Below are positions 1-9,301 of a DNA stretch of 55,444 bases, one piece after another. Both the position numbers and the translations under genes were made by a program. The DNA is taken from contig JAZDLY010000168.1 of NCBI GenBank assembly GCA_043801485.1, forward strand, positions 1 to 55,444, read 5' to 3'. The first letter of the stretch is position 1. The number at the start of each line of letters is the position of its first letter. The DNA comes from Candidatus Omnitrophota bacterium (GTDB lineage Bacteria > Omnitrophota > Gorgyraeia > Velamenicoccales > Velamenicoccaceae). The notes below the pieces were generated by a model, which worked only from the letters and a program-made list of their open reading frames with translations, did no database searches and had not been told where the DNA came from.

Positions 1-579
1 GAAATCATCAAGCGCGTGCGGCTCAAGATTGAGGTCGGAGGTGGTGTCCGCAGCACGGAGACGATCAGAAAATATCTGGAAGTCGGGGTTGACCGTGTGG
101 TATTGAGCACCCGGATCATCGAAGACACATCGTTTCTTTTGAGTCAGAAAATCAGAGACTATGTGGATCGCATTGTCACAAGCATCGACATCAAGCATAT
201 GGTGGATGACGAAACCGCAACGACGGCCACAGTCGGATGGCTCAAGTGCGGGGATGCGCTGATTGATATTCCGTCGCTGGTCGGGCTTTTGACCAAGGCC
301 GGCATCGGATATCTCAATTTTTCCGATATTTCCAGAGACGGCATGCTGGAGGGTCTGGATGTTCCTAAAATTTTGAATTTTGTGAAACTTGTTAAAAAAA
401 TCACACAGGGAAAACTTTTTTTGACGTACGCCGGCGGAGTTTCCTGTCTGGAAGACATCGTTGTTTTGAAGTCCCTTGAAAAAGAAGGGTTGGGTGCCGT
501 GGTGGTGGGCCGGGCCCTGTATGAGAATAAATTCACGTTAAAGGATGCGATTCAAGCGGCCGGGAATTCGGCGGCCTAG
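1..579 (+). CDS. hisA: HisA, ProFAR isomerase (5'-truncated by window edge)
   Basis: Frame is open from base 1. (beta/alpha)8 His-biosynthesis motifs are present (GGGVRS, YAGGVS, VVVGRALY). It lies directly upstream of hisF. Confidence 0.85.
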   Translation, partial: EIIKRVRLKIEVGGGVRSTETIRKYLEVGVDRVVLSTRIIEDTSFLLSQKIRDYVDRIVTSIDIKHMVDDETATTATVGWLKCGDALIDIPSLVGLLTKAGIGYLNFSDISRDGMLEGLDVPKILNFVKLVKKITQGKLFLTYAGGVSCLEDIVVLKSLEKEGLGAVVVGRALYENKFTLKDAIQAAGNSAA

Positions 580-588
580 ATTATCTTT

Positions 589-1359
589 ATGTTGACCAAG
601 CGCATTATTCCCTGTCTGGATGTTAAAGATGGCCGTGTGGTCAAAGGCGTGCGATTTGTTTCCCTGCGCGATGCCGGCGACCCCGTAGAGGTGGCCAAGG
701 CTTACGAACAGCAAAAGGCCGATGAGCTCGTTTTTTTAGACATCACCGCAAGTTATGAAGGCCGGCAAACCATGGTGCATATTGTCCGTCGCGTTGCCGA
801 AAGGATTTTCATGCCATTTACCGTTGGCGGAGGTATCCGGGGATTGGAAGATATCCGCGCCTTATTGAATGCCGGGGCGGACAAGGTTTCCATCAACACA
901 GCTGCGGTTAAGGATCCAGGGCTCATTGGCAAGGCTTCGCAGCGTTTTGGCAGTCAGTGCATTGTGGTGGCCATCGATGCCCGCAGAGTTTCACAGGGAA
1001 ACAACCGTGGTCCCTGGGAAGTTTTTATTCACGGCGGAAGAACATCGACAGGCATCGATGCTATTGCCTGGGCCAGGAAAGCCCAACGTCTCGGAGCAGG
1101 TGAGATTCTTTTGACAAGCATGGATTTTGACGGCACCAAAGACGGCTATGATGTGCGTTTGACAAAGACAATTTCTCAAGAGCTCCGTATCCCGGTGATT
1201 GCCTCAGGAGGGGCGGGGACGAAAAAACACTTCTTGGACATTTTGACCAAGGGGAAGGCAGATGCTGCTTTGGCGGCATCGATCTTTCATTACGGGGAAT
1301 ACAGCGTGGCCGACATCAAGAAGTATCTCAAGGCTCGCGGAGTCCGCGTGAGGCTCTAG
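589..1359 (+). CDS. hisF: Imidazole glycerol phosphate synthase cyclase subunit HisF
   Basis: 256 aa with [31 protein letters not shown] and ASGGAG, typical of HisF. Confidence 0.95.
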   Translation: MLTKRIIPCLDVKDGRVVKGVRFVSLRDAGDPVEVAKAYEQQKADELVFLDITASYEGRQTMVHIVRRVAERIFMPFTVGGGIRGLEDIRALLNAGADKVSINTAAVKDPGLIGKASQRFGSQCIVVAIDARRVSQGNNRGPWEVFIHGGRTSTGIDAIAWARKAQRLGAGEILLTSMDFDGTKDGYDVRLTKTISQELRIPVIASGGAGTKKHFLDILTKGKADAALAASIFHYGEYSVADIKKYLKARGVRVRL

Positions 1360-1372
1360 AAGAAAGGAATCC

Positions 1373-1720
1373 ATGTCAAGCGAGAAAACCAAGCTGCGAA
1401 GCATCAAGGATCTCAAATACGACGACAAGGGGCTAATTCCGGTGGTGGTTCAGGATTTTAAGACCAAAGACGTCCTGATGGTCGCTTATATGAACCAGGC
1501 GTCGATCCGCAAAACGCTCAAAGTCAAAAAGACCTGCTATTGGTCGCGTTCGCGCCAGAAATTCTGGATCAAAGGCGAAACATCGGGACACTTCCAGTTT
1601 GTCAAAGGGATTTATTACGATTGCGACAAAGACTGTCTTTTGATCAAAGTCAGGCAGGTGGGCGCGGCCTGTCATACGGGCAACCGCAGCTGCTTTTACC
1701 GCAAGCTAAAGTTGAAGTAA
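1373..1720 (+). CDS. hisI: Phosphoribosyl-AMP cyclohydrolase HisI
   Basis: 115 aa with [18 protein letters not shown] and [11 protein letters not shown]...ACHTG..SCFY motifs. Confidence 0.93.
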   Translation: MSSEKTKLRSIKDLKYDDKGLIPVVVQDFKTKDVLMVAYMNQASIRKTLKVKKTCYWSRSRQKFWIKGETSGHFQFVKGIYYDCDKDCLLIKVRQVGAACHTGNRSCFYRKLKLK

Positions 1721-1734
1721 TTCTTATATGATTG

Positions 1735-1990
1735 ATATTGATCAACGCTTGGCTTGGCTTTGTTTCAGAGCAGGACGTTTTTTGACCGAAGCCTGTCCTG
1801 CGAAGCGGGACGGGCACGGCGAGCGTCTTCCTTCGCTTGCGCTTCGGAGGACTGTCCGCCGCCGAAGTCTTGGCGAAAGCGGACGGTCCTGCGTCCCGGA
1901 AATGCAAAGCATTTCCGGAGTTTTTGATCCTTGAAATCGCAGAGCGATTTCAAGGAAGAAACAAAGACAAACCAAGCGACGAATTGCACG
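1735..1990. repeat. Hairpin-rich intergenic block closed by a long-range inverted repeat
   Basis: CGCTTGG..TTTGTTTC (about 1746-1766) pairs with GAAACAAA..CCAAGCG (about 1959-1979). Inside are CCGGAAATGC-AAA-GCATTTCCGG and CCTTGAAATCGC-AGA-GCGATTTCAAGG hairpins. ORFs here are Arg/Ser/Pro-rich junk. Confidence 0.6.
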
Positions 1991-2000
1991 ATTTTCAAAT

Positions 2001-3497
2001 ATGATGATTACTCCAAATTTTACTGAGTTTAAAAAATTAGCCAAAAAGGGCAATGTCATTCCCGTCTACCGCGAGATCCTGGCGGATTTGGAGACGCCTG
2101 TCTCGGCGTTTTTGAAGATCGACGATGGAAAATACGCCTATCTTCTGGAATCCGTCGAATCCCAAGAGAATATCGGCAGGTATTCTTTTCTTGCATCCCA
2201 GCCTTCTTTGGTTTTCGAGAGCAAAGACCGGCGCGTTAGCTCTACGACGTTTGACCATGGCAGAGCGCATGTCCAGAAAACCATATGTGCGAAATCTCCC
2301 ATGGATGAATTGCGCGTCCTTTTGGCCGGTTTCAAATTTGTCCCCGTCAAGGGCCTGCCACGGTTTTGCGGCGGCCTGGTTGGGTATATGGGCTATGACA
2401 TGGTTCGATTTTTTGAAAAATTGCCGGACAAAAATCCGGATGTATTGAAAACCCCGGATTGTGTATTTATGCTGACGGAGACGCTCGTGATTTTTGATCA
2501 CGTGAACCGAAAGATCAAAATTGTGTCCAATGCGATCCTGAAGTCAAAATCACACAAGGGAACCAAACGGGCCTACGACTCTGCCGTCAAAAAAATCCAC
2601 GTTCTCATGGATAAGCTTGGCGGATCGGCGAGAAAGCCCGCCGCACAAAAACAAAAATTCCAGAAGTGTCTTGTGACGTCGAACGTAACCAGAGCGGAAT
2701 ACAAAAAAATGGTCCTCAGGGCCAAAGAATACATTAAGAAAGGCGACATCATTCAGGTTGTGCCCTCGCAACGTTTTAAGATGAAATTGGCCCACAGGCC
2801 CATCGACATTTACCGTTCTCTGCGCAGCGTCAATCCTTCTCCGTACATGTTTTATCTCAAGCTTTCGGACATGACGCTGGTGGGTTCGTCACCGGAATTG
2901 CTGGTGCGCTGTGAAAACGGCCGCGTGGAAACAAGGCCGATTGCTGGCACGCGGCCTCGCGGCAAGAATGAGGCAGAGGACCAGGAGCTGGCCAAAGAGT
3001 TGCTCTCAGACGCCAAAGAAAAAGCGGAGCATTTGATGCTTGTGGATTTAGGGCGCAACGACCTAGGGCGTGTCTGCACCTATGGTTCTGTGCGGGTCGA
3101 TGAATTCATGGCGATTGAAAAATATTCGCACGTCATGCATATTGTCAGCAATGTCACGGGGCGTCTGCGGCCGGACAAAGACGCCCTGGATGCGCTTATT
3201 TCTTGTTTTCCGGCGGGGACGGTCAGCGGAGCGCCGAAAATCCGCGCCATGGAAATTATCGATGAGCTCGAAGAGAGCCGCCGCGGTCCTTATGCAGGGG
3301 CGGTGGCATATTTTAGTTTTTCCGGCAACCTTGATTCCTGCATCATCATTCGCACAATGCTCATTAAAAATAAAATGCTCACCATTCAGGCGGGCGGAGG
3401 AATTGTGAGCGATTCAGTGCCCGGTAAAGAATATCAGGAAACCGTCAACAAAGCCAAGGCCTTATTGGAAGCTGTGCAATCTGCGCAGGTGCAATAA
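2001..3497 (+). CDS. trpE: Anthranilate synthase component I
   Basis: 498 aa with LLESV, chorismate-binding C-terminal motifs (GAPKIRAMEII, GPYAGAVAYFSF, IRT). Start could be 2001 or 2004. Confidence 0.95.
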   Translation: MMITPNFTEFKKLAKKGNVIPVYREILADLETPVSAFLKIDDGKYAYLLESVESQENIGRYSFLASQPSLVFESKDRRVSSTTFDHGRAHVQKTICAKSPMDELRVLLAGFKFVPVKGLPRFCGGLVGYMGYDMVRFFEKLPDKNPDVLKTPDCVFMLTETLVIFDHVNRKIKIVSNAILKSKSHKGTKRAYDSAVKKIHVLMDKLGGSARKPAAQKQKFQKCLVTSNVTRAEYKKMVLRAKEYIKKGDIIQVVPSQRFKMKLAHRPIDIYRSLRSVNPSPYMFYLKLSDMTLVGSSPELLVRCENGRVETRPIAGTRPRGKNEAEDQELAKELLSDAKEKAEHLMLVDLGRNDLGRVCTYGSVRVDEFMAIEKYSHVMHIVSNVTGRLRPDKDALDALISCFPAGTVSGAPKIRAMEIIDELEESRRGPYAGAVAYFSFSGNLDSCIIIRTMLIKNKMLTIQAGGGIVSDSVPGKEYQETVNKAKALLEAVQSAQVQ

Positions 3498-3690
3498 CAC
3501 ACGAAACGAGCACCTTAATGTTTCGTTTTAGCGAATTGAGCACAATTTTACACTGAAGGTGTACCAGCGAATTGAACACCTTAATGTTTTAATTTAGTGA
3601 AATCCCGCTGATTTTTAGCGGGAATCCCGCGTTAGCGGGAGTCCTTGTGAGCTTTAGCGAACAAGGAAATATTTCAGGTGTTCATACATC
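3498..3690. repeat. Hairpin-module mosaic (modules A, B, B, C) after trpE
   Basis: AGCACCTTAATG words, AATCCCGC-TGATTTTTA-GCGGGA, AATCCCGC-GTTA-GCGGGA, GTCCTTGT-GAGCTTTAGCGAA-CAAGGA. The B-C part is nearly identical to 33365-33409. Confidence 0.75.
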
Positions 3691-3705
3691 AGAGAGGAGC
3701 AATAA

Positions 3706-3948
3706 ATGGCCGTTAAAATCAGAATGCGTAAAGTATCCGACACGGCGAAAAAAAGATACAATTTCCGGATTGTCGTGATTGAGGGAGGGCGGTCCCGCGA
3801 TGCCCGCGTGATCGAAGAGTTGGGTTATTATGACCCAGCCAAACAGCCAGCGGCGCTGAAGGTCAACAAAGAACGCCTGGAACATTGGCGCAAGCTTGGC
3901 GCGCAGGTTTCTTCGACGGTAAAGAGTCTTGTGAAAAAACTCAAATAG
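3706..3948 (+). CDS. rpsP: 30S ribosomal protein S16
   Basis: 80 aa, MAVKIRMRK...RIVV...GYYDP. GAGAGGAG SD upstream. Confidence 0.95.
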   Translation: MAVKIRMRKVSDTAKKRYNFRIVVIEGGRSRDARVIEELGYYDPAKQPAALKVNKERLEHWRKLGAQVSSTVKSLVKKLK

Positions 3949-3977
3949 ATATTTTTTAAAACGGGGAGGTCGCTTTT

Positions 3978-4256
3978 ATGAATCCAGCACAGCCGGGAAT
4001 GTCGAGCTATTTGTTTCCCATGGCGATCATTTTTTTGATTTTTTATGTGGTCCTGATCCGGCCACAGCAAAAACAGGAAAAAGACTTCAAAAAGATGGTG
4101 GCGGGGCTTAAAAAAAATGATGAGATTGTTACGGTCGGAGGTGTCCATGGCACCATCGTCAACGTCAAAGACAAGACGTTTGTGGTCCGCGTGGATGACA
4201 ACACGAGGTTTGAGATAGACAAGAGCGCGGTCGCGCGCATCGAAAAACAGGCTTAA
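3978..4256 (+). CDS. yajC: Preprotein translocase subunit YajC
   Basis: 92 aa with a single TM followed by RPQQKQ..GD.V.T.GG..G.I, and adjacent to secDF. Confidence 0.9.
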   Translation: MNPAQPGMSSYLFPMAIIFLIFYVVLIRPQQKQEKDFKKMVAGLKKNDEIVTVGGVHGTIVNVKDKTFVVRVDDNTRFEIDKSAVARIEKQA

Positions 4257-4269
4257 GGAGGAGTTTTTT

Positions 4270-6456
4270 ATGCAACGCAATCTGCTTTACAGATTTTTAT
4301 TGATTCTGGGTATTGTTGCTGTCGCATGTTTTTTGGCTTTTCCTTTACAAAGACGCATCAGCCTTGGTCTTGATTTGCAGGGGGGGATGTATTTGATTTT
4401 ACAGGTCGACACATCGAAATTAAGCGCAAACGCCAAAGAAGATGCGGTGGAGCGAGCCCTTGAAATCATCCGCAACCGTATCGATGAATTCGGCGTCAAA
4501 GAACCGATTGTCCAGATTCAGGGCGAAAACCAGATTGTCGTTCAGCTGCCTGGCATGACAGACCGCAGGCGCGCGTTGGATTTGATCGGCCGCACGGCCA
4601 TGCTTGAATTCAAGCTGGTCTCCAACGATGCAAAACTCATTGCGGATGCCGGGGCCGGAACCATCCCTGAAGGCTATGAGCTCAAGGAAATGCCCGAAGG
4701 AGAAAAGGTTCTTGTGGCTAAAACTCCCGAGCTGACCGGCGAATATATCGAGACCGCCGACGTGCGTTTTGACCAGGGCTCGTTCGGCCAGCCGATCGTA
4801 GCCATAAAATTAAAAGGCGAAGGGGTCAAGCAATTTTCGGACGTGACCAAAGACAATGTCGGCAGGCGTCTGGCCATTGTCCTGGATGGCCGTGTGTATT
4901 CGGCGCCGCGCATCAATGAGCATATTCCCAGCGGCGAAGGTGTCATCACAGGGCGTTTCTCACCTGACGAGGCCAAGGATCTGGCCATTGTGTTGCGTTC
5001 CGGCGCTCTGCCGGCTCCGCTCATTGTGGAAGAAGAAAGAACGGTTGGGCCGCTCTTGGGTCAGGATTCTATCCGCAAAGGGATTGCCTCAAGCCTCGTG
5101 GGTGCTTTTTTTGTTCTGATGTTTATGATCTATTATTACGGGGTCACAGGATTAATTGCCAATGCTGCCCTTCTTTTAAACATGTTGTTTATCTTGGGAG
5201 GTCTTGGTTTATTTCATGCCACCCTGACGTTGCCCGGCATCGCCGGCATGATCCTGACGTTAGGCATGGCGGTGGATGCGAATGTTTTGATCAACGAACG
5301 CATACGCGACGAAATCAGAACAGGCCGCGCCTTGCGCACAGCAGTGGCCAACGGTTATGACAAAGCTTTTACGGCGATTTTTGACTCCAACGTGACCACG
5401 CTGATTGCCGCCTTTTTCTTATTTCAGTTTGGCACAGGGCCTATCCGCGGTTTTGCCGTCACGTTGACCATCGGTCTTGTGGCGAGTATGTTTACGGCCA
5501 TTGTTGTGACCCGTTTTATCTTCGATTACCTGTTGAGTCGCAATTTGATCAAAACGCTCAAGTTTAAAAGTTTTCTCAGAAAAGACACACATGTGGATTT
5601 TATTGCCAAAAGGAAATTCTGCTATGTGCTTTCCGGCTTGATTTTTCTGGCAGGCATGTTTGCCATTATCAAAAAAGGGGAAAATGCCTACGGCGTGGAA
5701 TTTTCCGGAGGTCAGCTGCAGGAATATCAGTTCCAAAGGCCTGTTTCTGTGGGGATCTTAAGGGATTCTCTTAAAGAGGTGGGTCTGGGGGATGTGAGCA
5801 TCCAGGCAGTTACGGAAGACCCGCGTCAGGTGGTGATTCGTAGTTCTCAAGAGTCTGCGGATACGGTTCAGGCAGAATTCAAAAAAAGTTTTTCCGATAA
5901 TCCGTTTGATATCATGCGCATTGAAAAGATCGGTCCGACCGTGGGCCGGGAGCTCAAGAAGAAAGCCTTGTTTGCCATGATTTTCTCTCTTTTGGGCATT
6001 CTCCTTTATGTGGCGATCCGGTTCAGGCATTTTGATTTTGCGGTCGGTGGCGTCTTTGCTCTTTTGCACGATGTCGCTTTGACGGCCGGTTTTGTCATTC
6101 TGATGAACCGTCAGATGGATCTTCTTCTGGTTACGGCCCTTTTGACCATTGCCGGTTATTCCATCAACGACACGATCGTGATTTACGATCGGGTCCGCGA
6201 ATTGATGCGTACACGTCTGAAGGTGAGTCTCAAAGACGTCATCAATCTGGCCTTGAATCAGACACTGACCCGGACCATTCTGACGTCATTTTCGACGCTG
6301 CTGGTGGTCTTGTCGATGTTTGTTTTGGGCGGGGAAATTTTGAATTCTTTTGCCCTGGCTCTTTTGTTCGGATTCATCATCGGTTGTTATTCGACTATTT
6401 TTATCGCCAGTCCCATTGTGTTGGCCTGTCATGGGATGATGCGTGCAAAAAAATGA
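4270..6456 (+). CDS. secDF: Fused protein-export membrane protein SecDF
   Basis: 728 aa with a SecD periplasmic domain, then two 6-TM RND-like halves (GLDLQGG, LPGIAGMILTLGMAVDANVLI, SINDTIVIYDRVRE). Confidence 0.93.
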   Translation: MQRNLLYRFLLILGIVAVACFLAFPLQRRISLGLDLQGGMYLILQVDTSKLSANAKEDAVERALEIIRNRIDEFGVKEPIVQIQGENQIVVQLPGMTDRRRALDLIGRTAMLEFKLVSNDAKLIADAGAGTIPEGYELKEMPEGEKVLVAKTPELTGEYIETADVRFDQGSFGQPIVAIKLKGEGVKQFSDVTKDNVGRRLAIVLDGRVYSAPRINEHIPSGEGVITGRFSPDEAKDLAIVLRSGALPAPLIVEEERTVGPLLGQDSIRKGIASSLVGAFFVLMFMIYYYGVTGLIANAALLLNMLFILGGLGLFHATLTLPGIAGMILTLGMAVDANVLINERIRDEIRTGRALRTAVANGYDKAFTAIFDSNVTTLIAAFFLFQFGTGPIRGFAVTLTIGLVASMFTAIVVTRFIFDYLLSRNLIKTLKFKSFLRKDTHVDFIAKRKFCYVLSGLIFLAGMFAIIKKGENAYGVEFSGGQLQEYQFQRPVSVGILRDSLKEVGLGDVSIQAVTEDPRQVVIRSSQESADTVQAEFKKSFSDNPFDIMRIEKIGPTVGRELKKKALFAMIFSLLGILLYVAIRFRHFDFAVGGVFALLHDVALTAGFVILMNRQMDLLLVTALLTIAGYSINDTIVIYDRVRELMRTRLKVSLKDVINLALNQTLTRTILTSFSTLLVVLSMFVLGGEILNSFALALLFGFIIGCYSTIFIASPIVLACHGMMRAKK

Positions 6457-8363
6457 CGAATAAAGCGCCGGCGTTCAGGTCTTTTAAGTTTTTCGAAGGC
6501 CAGCAAATCGGCATCGATCTTTTTAGCCGCACGCTGACGGACTTCGGCTATCACGCCCAGGACAAGGTTTCAGAGGAGGGAGATTTTTCCAGACGCGGGG
6601 GCATGGTCGATATTTTTCCGACCACCTTTGAATATCCGATCCGCATCGAATGGGACCATGACCACATCCGCGCCATCAAAAGTTATTCTTTGGAAACAGG
6701 CAGGCCTTTTTGGAGCCACAGCATTGTTATCATTCTGCCCAAAAAGGCAAGCTCGAAATTCAAGCCTTCCGTTTTGCCGCAGAATGTTCCCCTCAATGCT
6801 TTTATTGATATCAAAAAAGGCGATTATGTCGTTCATCAACAACACGGTATCGGTATCTTTAAGGGCATGGAGACCATTGAACTTAAAGACGGGGTCCGGG
6901 AGCACATGGTGTTGGCCTACGCAGAGGGCGATAAGCTATTTGTGCCTTTGGATCAGACGCATCTGGTCCAGAAATATATCAGTTTTGGAGCCCGTTCGCC
7001 AAAAATCCATCGTCTGGGCGCCGGCGAGTGGCGCCGCACAAAGCTTAGGGCGCAGAAAGCTACCGTGTGCGTGGCCCTGGATCTTTTGAAGATGCAAGCC
7101 ATGCGAAAGGCTCTGGGAGGATTTGCATTTTCCCGGGATGCGGATTGGCAAAAGCAGTTTGAAAAGACATTTGCGTTTCGCCAGACCCTGGATCAGGCCA
7201 AGGCCGTCGTGGACGCCAAAAAAGATATGGAATCGTCGTATCCGATGGACAGACTTTTGTGCGGCGATGTGGGCTACGGCAAGACAGAAGTCGCCATGCG
7301 CGCGGCCTTCAAATGTGTCATGGACAATAAACAAGTTGCTTTTTTGGTTCCCACGACCATCTTGGCCGAGCAGCACTATCAAAATTTTATTAAACGCGTG
7401 CAAGCCTTTCCGGTCCGCGTGGAGATGCTCAGCCGATTCAAAAGCCCGGGGGAACAAAAAGTGATTGTTGCGGATCTGGCGTCTGGTCAGGTGGATATTG
7501 TGATCGGCACGCACAGGTTGTTGTCCAGTGACATCCGTTTTAAGGATTTGGGTCTGGTTGTCATTGACGAAGAACAACGATTCGGCGTCAAGGCCAAGGA
7601 AAAACTCAAAGAACTGCGTTCGCTGGTTGATGTCCTGACGCTCACGGCCACACCCATCCCGCGCACCCTCTATATGTCGCTTGTGGGCGCCAAAGATATT
7701 TCGATCGTCAACACTCCTCCGAAAAACAGGATGGCGATCGAGACGCATGTGGTGGAGAATGATCCAGAGCTCCTACGGCAGGCCATCGGCCGGGAGATCC
7801 GACGAAAGGGGCAGGTGTATTTTGTGCACAATCGCGTTGAAGACATTCAAGAGGTGCGCAAGCGCGTGGCCGCGCTTTCTCCGAAAGAGGCCCGCGTTGA
7901 ATATGCTCATGGCCAGATGCCCTCCAGGGTCTTGGAGCGCATCATGCTGGATTTTCTGGATAACAATATCGATGTCCTGGTTTCCACGACCATTATTGAA
8001 TCCGGCATCGACGTGCCCAACGCCAATACCATGATCGTCAACAATGCCGATTGTTTCGGTTTGGCGGACCTGCATCAGCTGCGCGGCAGGGTAGGGCGGT
8101 TTACCAAAAAGGCCTATGCCTATTTCGTTGTGCGCAGAGATAAAATTTTGAGCTCCGAAGCAAGAAAGCGCCTGGATGCGATTCATGAATACAGCGAACT
8201 TGGTTCGGGATTTCGCATTGCGATGGAAGATTTAGAGATCCGGGGGGCCGGGAATCTCCTGGGGGTCCAGCAACACGGTCACATCATGGCTGTTGGTTTT
8301 GACCTCTATTGTTCGCTCCTGCGGGAGGCCGTCGGCGCTTTGAACAAACATCGGGAAAACTAG
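6453..8363 (+). CDS. mfd: Transcription-repair coupling factor, compact form (about 636 aa)
   Basis: ATGA overlap with the secDF stop. CarD/RID motif DYVVHQQHGIGIFKG. SF2 helicase motifs GDVGYGKTEVA, DEEQRFG, TATPIPRT, QLRGRVGR. It ends just after GFDLYCSLL. Confidence 0.85.
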   Translation: MTNKAPAFRSFKFFEGQQIGIDLFSRTLTDFGYHAQDKVSEEGDFSRRGGMVDIFPTTFEYPIRIEWDHDHIRAIKSYSLETGRPFWSHSIVIILPKKASSKFKPSVLPQNVPLNAFIDIKKGDYVVHQQHGIGIFKGMETIELKDGVREHMVLAYAEGDKLFVPLDQTHLVQKYISFGARSPKIHRLGAGEWRRTKLRAQKATVCVALDLLKMQAMRKALGGFAFSRDADWQKQFEKTFAFRQTLDQAKAVVDAKKDMESSYPMDRLLCGDVGYGKTEVAMRAAFKCVMDNKQVAFLVPTTILAEQHYQNFIKRVQAFPVRVEMLSRFKSPGEQKVIVADLASGQVDIVIGTHRLLSSDIRFKDLGLVVIDEEQRFGVKAKEKLKELRSLVDVLTLTATPIPRTLYMSLVGAKDISIVNTPPKNRMAIETHVVENDPELLRQAIGREIRRKGQVYFVHNRVEDIQEVRKRVAALSPKEARVEYAHGQMPSRVLERIMLDFLDNNIDVLVSTTIIESGIDVPNANTMIVNNADCFGLADLHQLRGRVGRFTKKAYAYFVVRRDKILSSEARKRLDAIHEYSELGSGFRIAMEDLEIRGAGNLLGVQQHGHIMAVGFDLYCSLLREAVGALNKHREN

Positions 8364-8374
8364 GGGTAGTGATC

Positions 8375-9301
8375 ATGATGAGAAATATACGACAATTATT
8401 TTTTTGTATGACCGCAGCTGTTCTGGCGCTGGGGGCATGGGCGTGGGTGGCGCCGGCGACTGTGAAAGCCGAGCGTATTGACAAAATCATTGCCATTGTC
8501 AATGAAGATGTGATCACAGAAGATGAGCTTAAACTTTTCATAAAGATGCTGGCCGCCAACGAGCAGGAGGCCTATGTTAAAATGAAACCCCCGGAGCTCA
8601 AGAGGATGCTTTTGGAGCGCATGATCGAAGACCGGCTCATCATTCAGGAAGCCAAACGATTGAAGATAGTGCCTGAGGAAAAGATGATTCAGGCCCGCAT
8701 CGATGACGTTAAAGCAAGGGCAGGAGGACAGGCAGAGTTTGAGGCAGCCCTGAAGGCCGAAGGCATAACGTTTAGCGAACTCCGGCAGAAGCTGGCAAAT
8801 CAGTTTTTGGTCTACCAGGTGATTGAGAGAGAAGTTAAATCCAAGCTCAACGTCAGCCCTAAAGACGTTACGGATTATTTCCAAAAGCATCGCGATAAAT
8901 TTTTTGCTCCGGCAACGCGGGAGGTTGATTCAATTTTTGTCAAAGACCCGGCTGCGCTGGAGACCGTCCTGCAGGAGCTCGGAGACCGAAAGCCTTTCGC
9001 CGATGTGGCCAAGGCCTTTTCAGAAAAATCGAATATCGAAGAGGTGAGTCGCGGGCAGCTCAAAAAGGGATTGGAGGATTTTATTTTTGAGCTCGGTGTC
9101 GGAGTGTGCTCCCGGCCTTTTGCCACAGAGGATGGTTTTTATGTTTTTTTGGTCAAGGAGGATCATCCGGCGGCCGCCAAAAACCTGAGCGAAGTTAAGG
9201 ACTTCATCACGGCGGAACTCGAGAAAATCCAGGTTGAGAAATTACTCAAAGAATGGCTGCTGACGCTGCGTCAGAAGGCCTATATCTCCATCCGAGAATG
9301 A
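8375..9301 (+). CDS. SurA/PrsA-like periplasmic chaperone / peptidyl-prolyl isomerase
   Basis: Signal peptide MMRNIRQLFFCMTAAVLALGAWA, a SurA-N-like region (IIAIVNEDVIT..EL) and a parvulin-like C-terminal part. ATG at 8375 follows the mfd stop. Confidence 0.7.
   Translation: MMRNIRQLFFCMTAAVLALGAWAWVAPATVKAERIDKIIAIVNEDVITEDELKLFIKMLAANEQEAYVKMKPPELKRMLLERMIEDRLIIQEAKRLKIVPEEKMIQARIDDVKARAGGQAEFEAALKAEGITFSELRQKLANQFLVYQVIEREVKSKLNVSPKDVTDYFQKHRDKFFAPATREVDSIFVKDPAALETVLQELGDRKPFADVAKAFSEKSNIEEVSRGQLKKGLEDFIFELGVGVCSRPFATEDGFYVFLVKEDHPAAAKNLSEVKDFITAELEKIQVEKLLKEWLLTLRQKAYISIRE

Noticed and set aside
1721-2000. Trp attenuator leader peptide or T-box upstream of trpE.
   Set aside because: The only ORF (1728-1934) has a single Trp codon and no tandem TGG. 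No T-box consensus or specifier-loop arrangement is visible. The region looks like the other palindromic spacers.
8309-8374. Upstream start of the SurA-like ORF at 8309, overlapping mfd.
   Set aside because: The extension overlaps the mfd 3' end by 55 nt and encodes no signal peptide. ATG 8375 begins a typical signal sequence just after the mfd stop.
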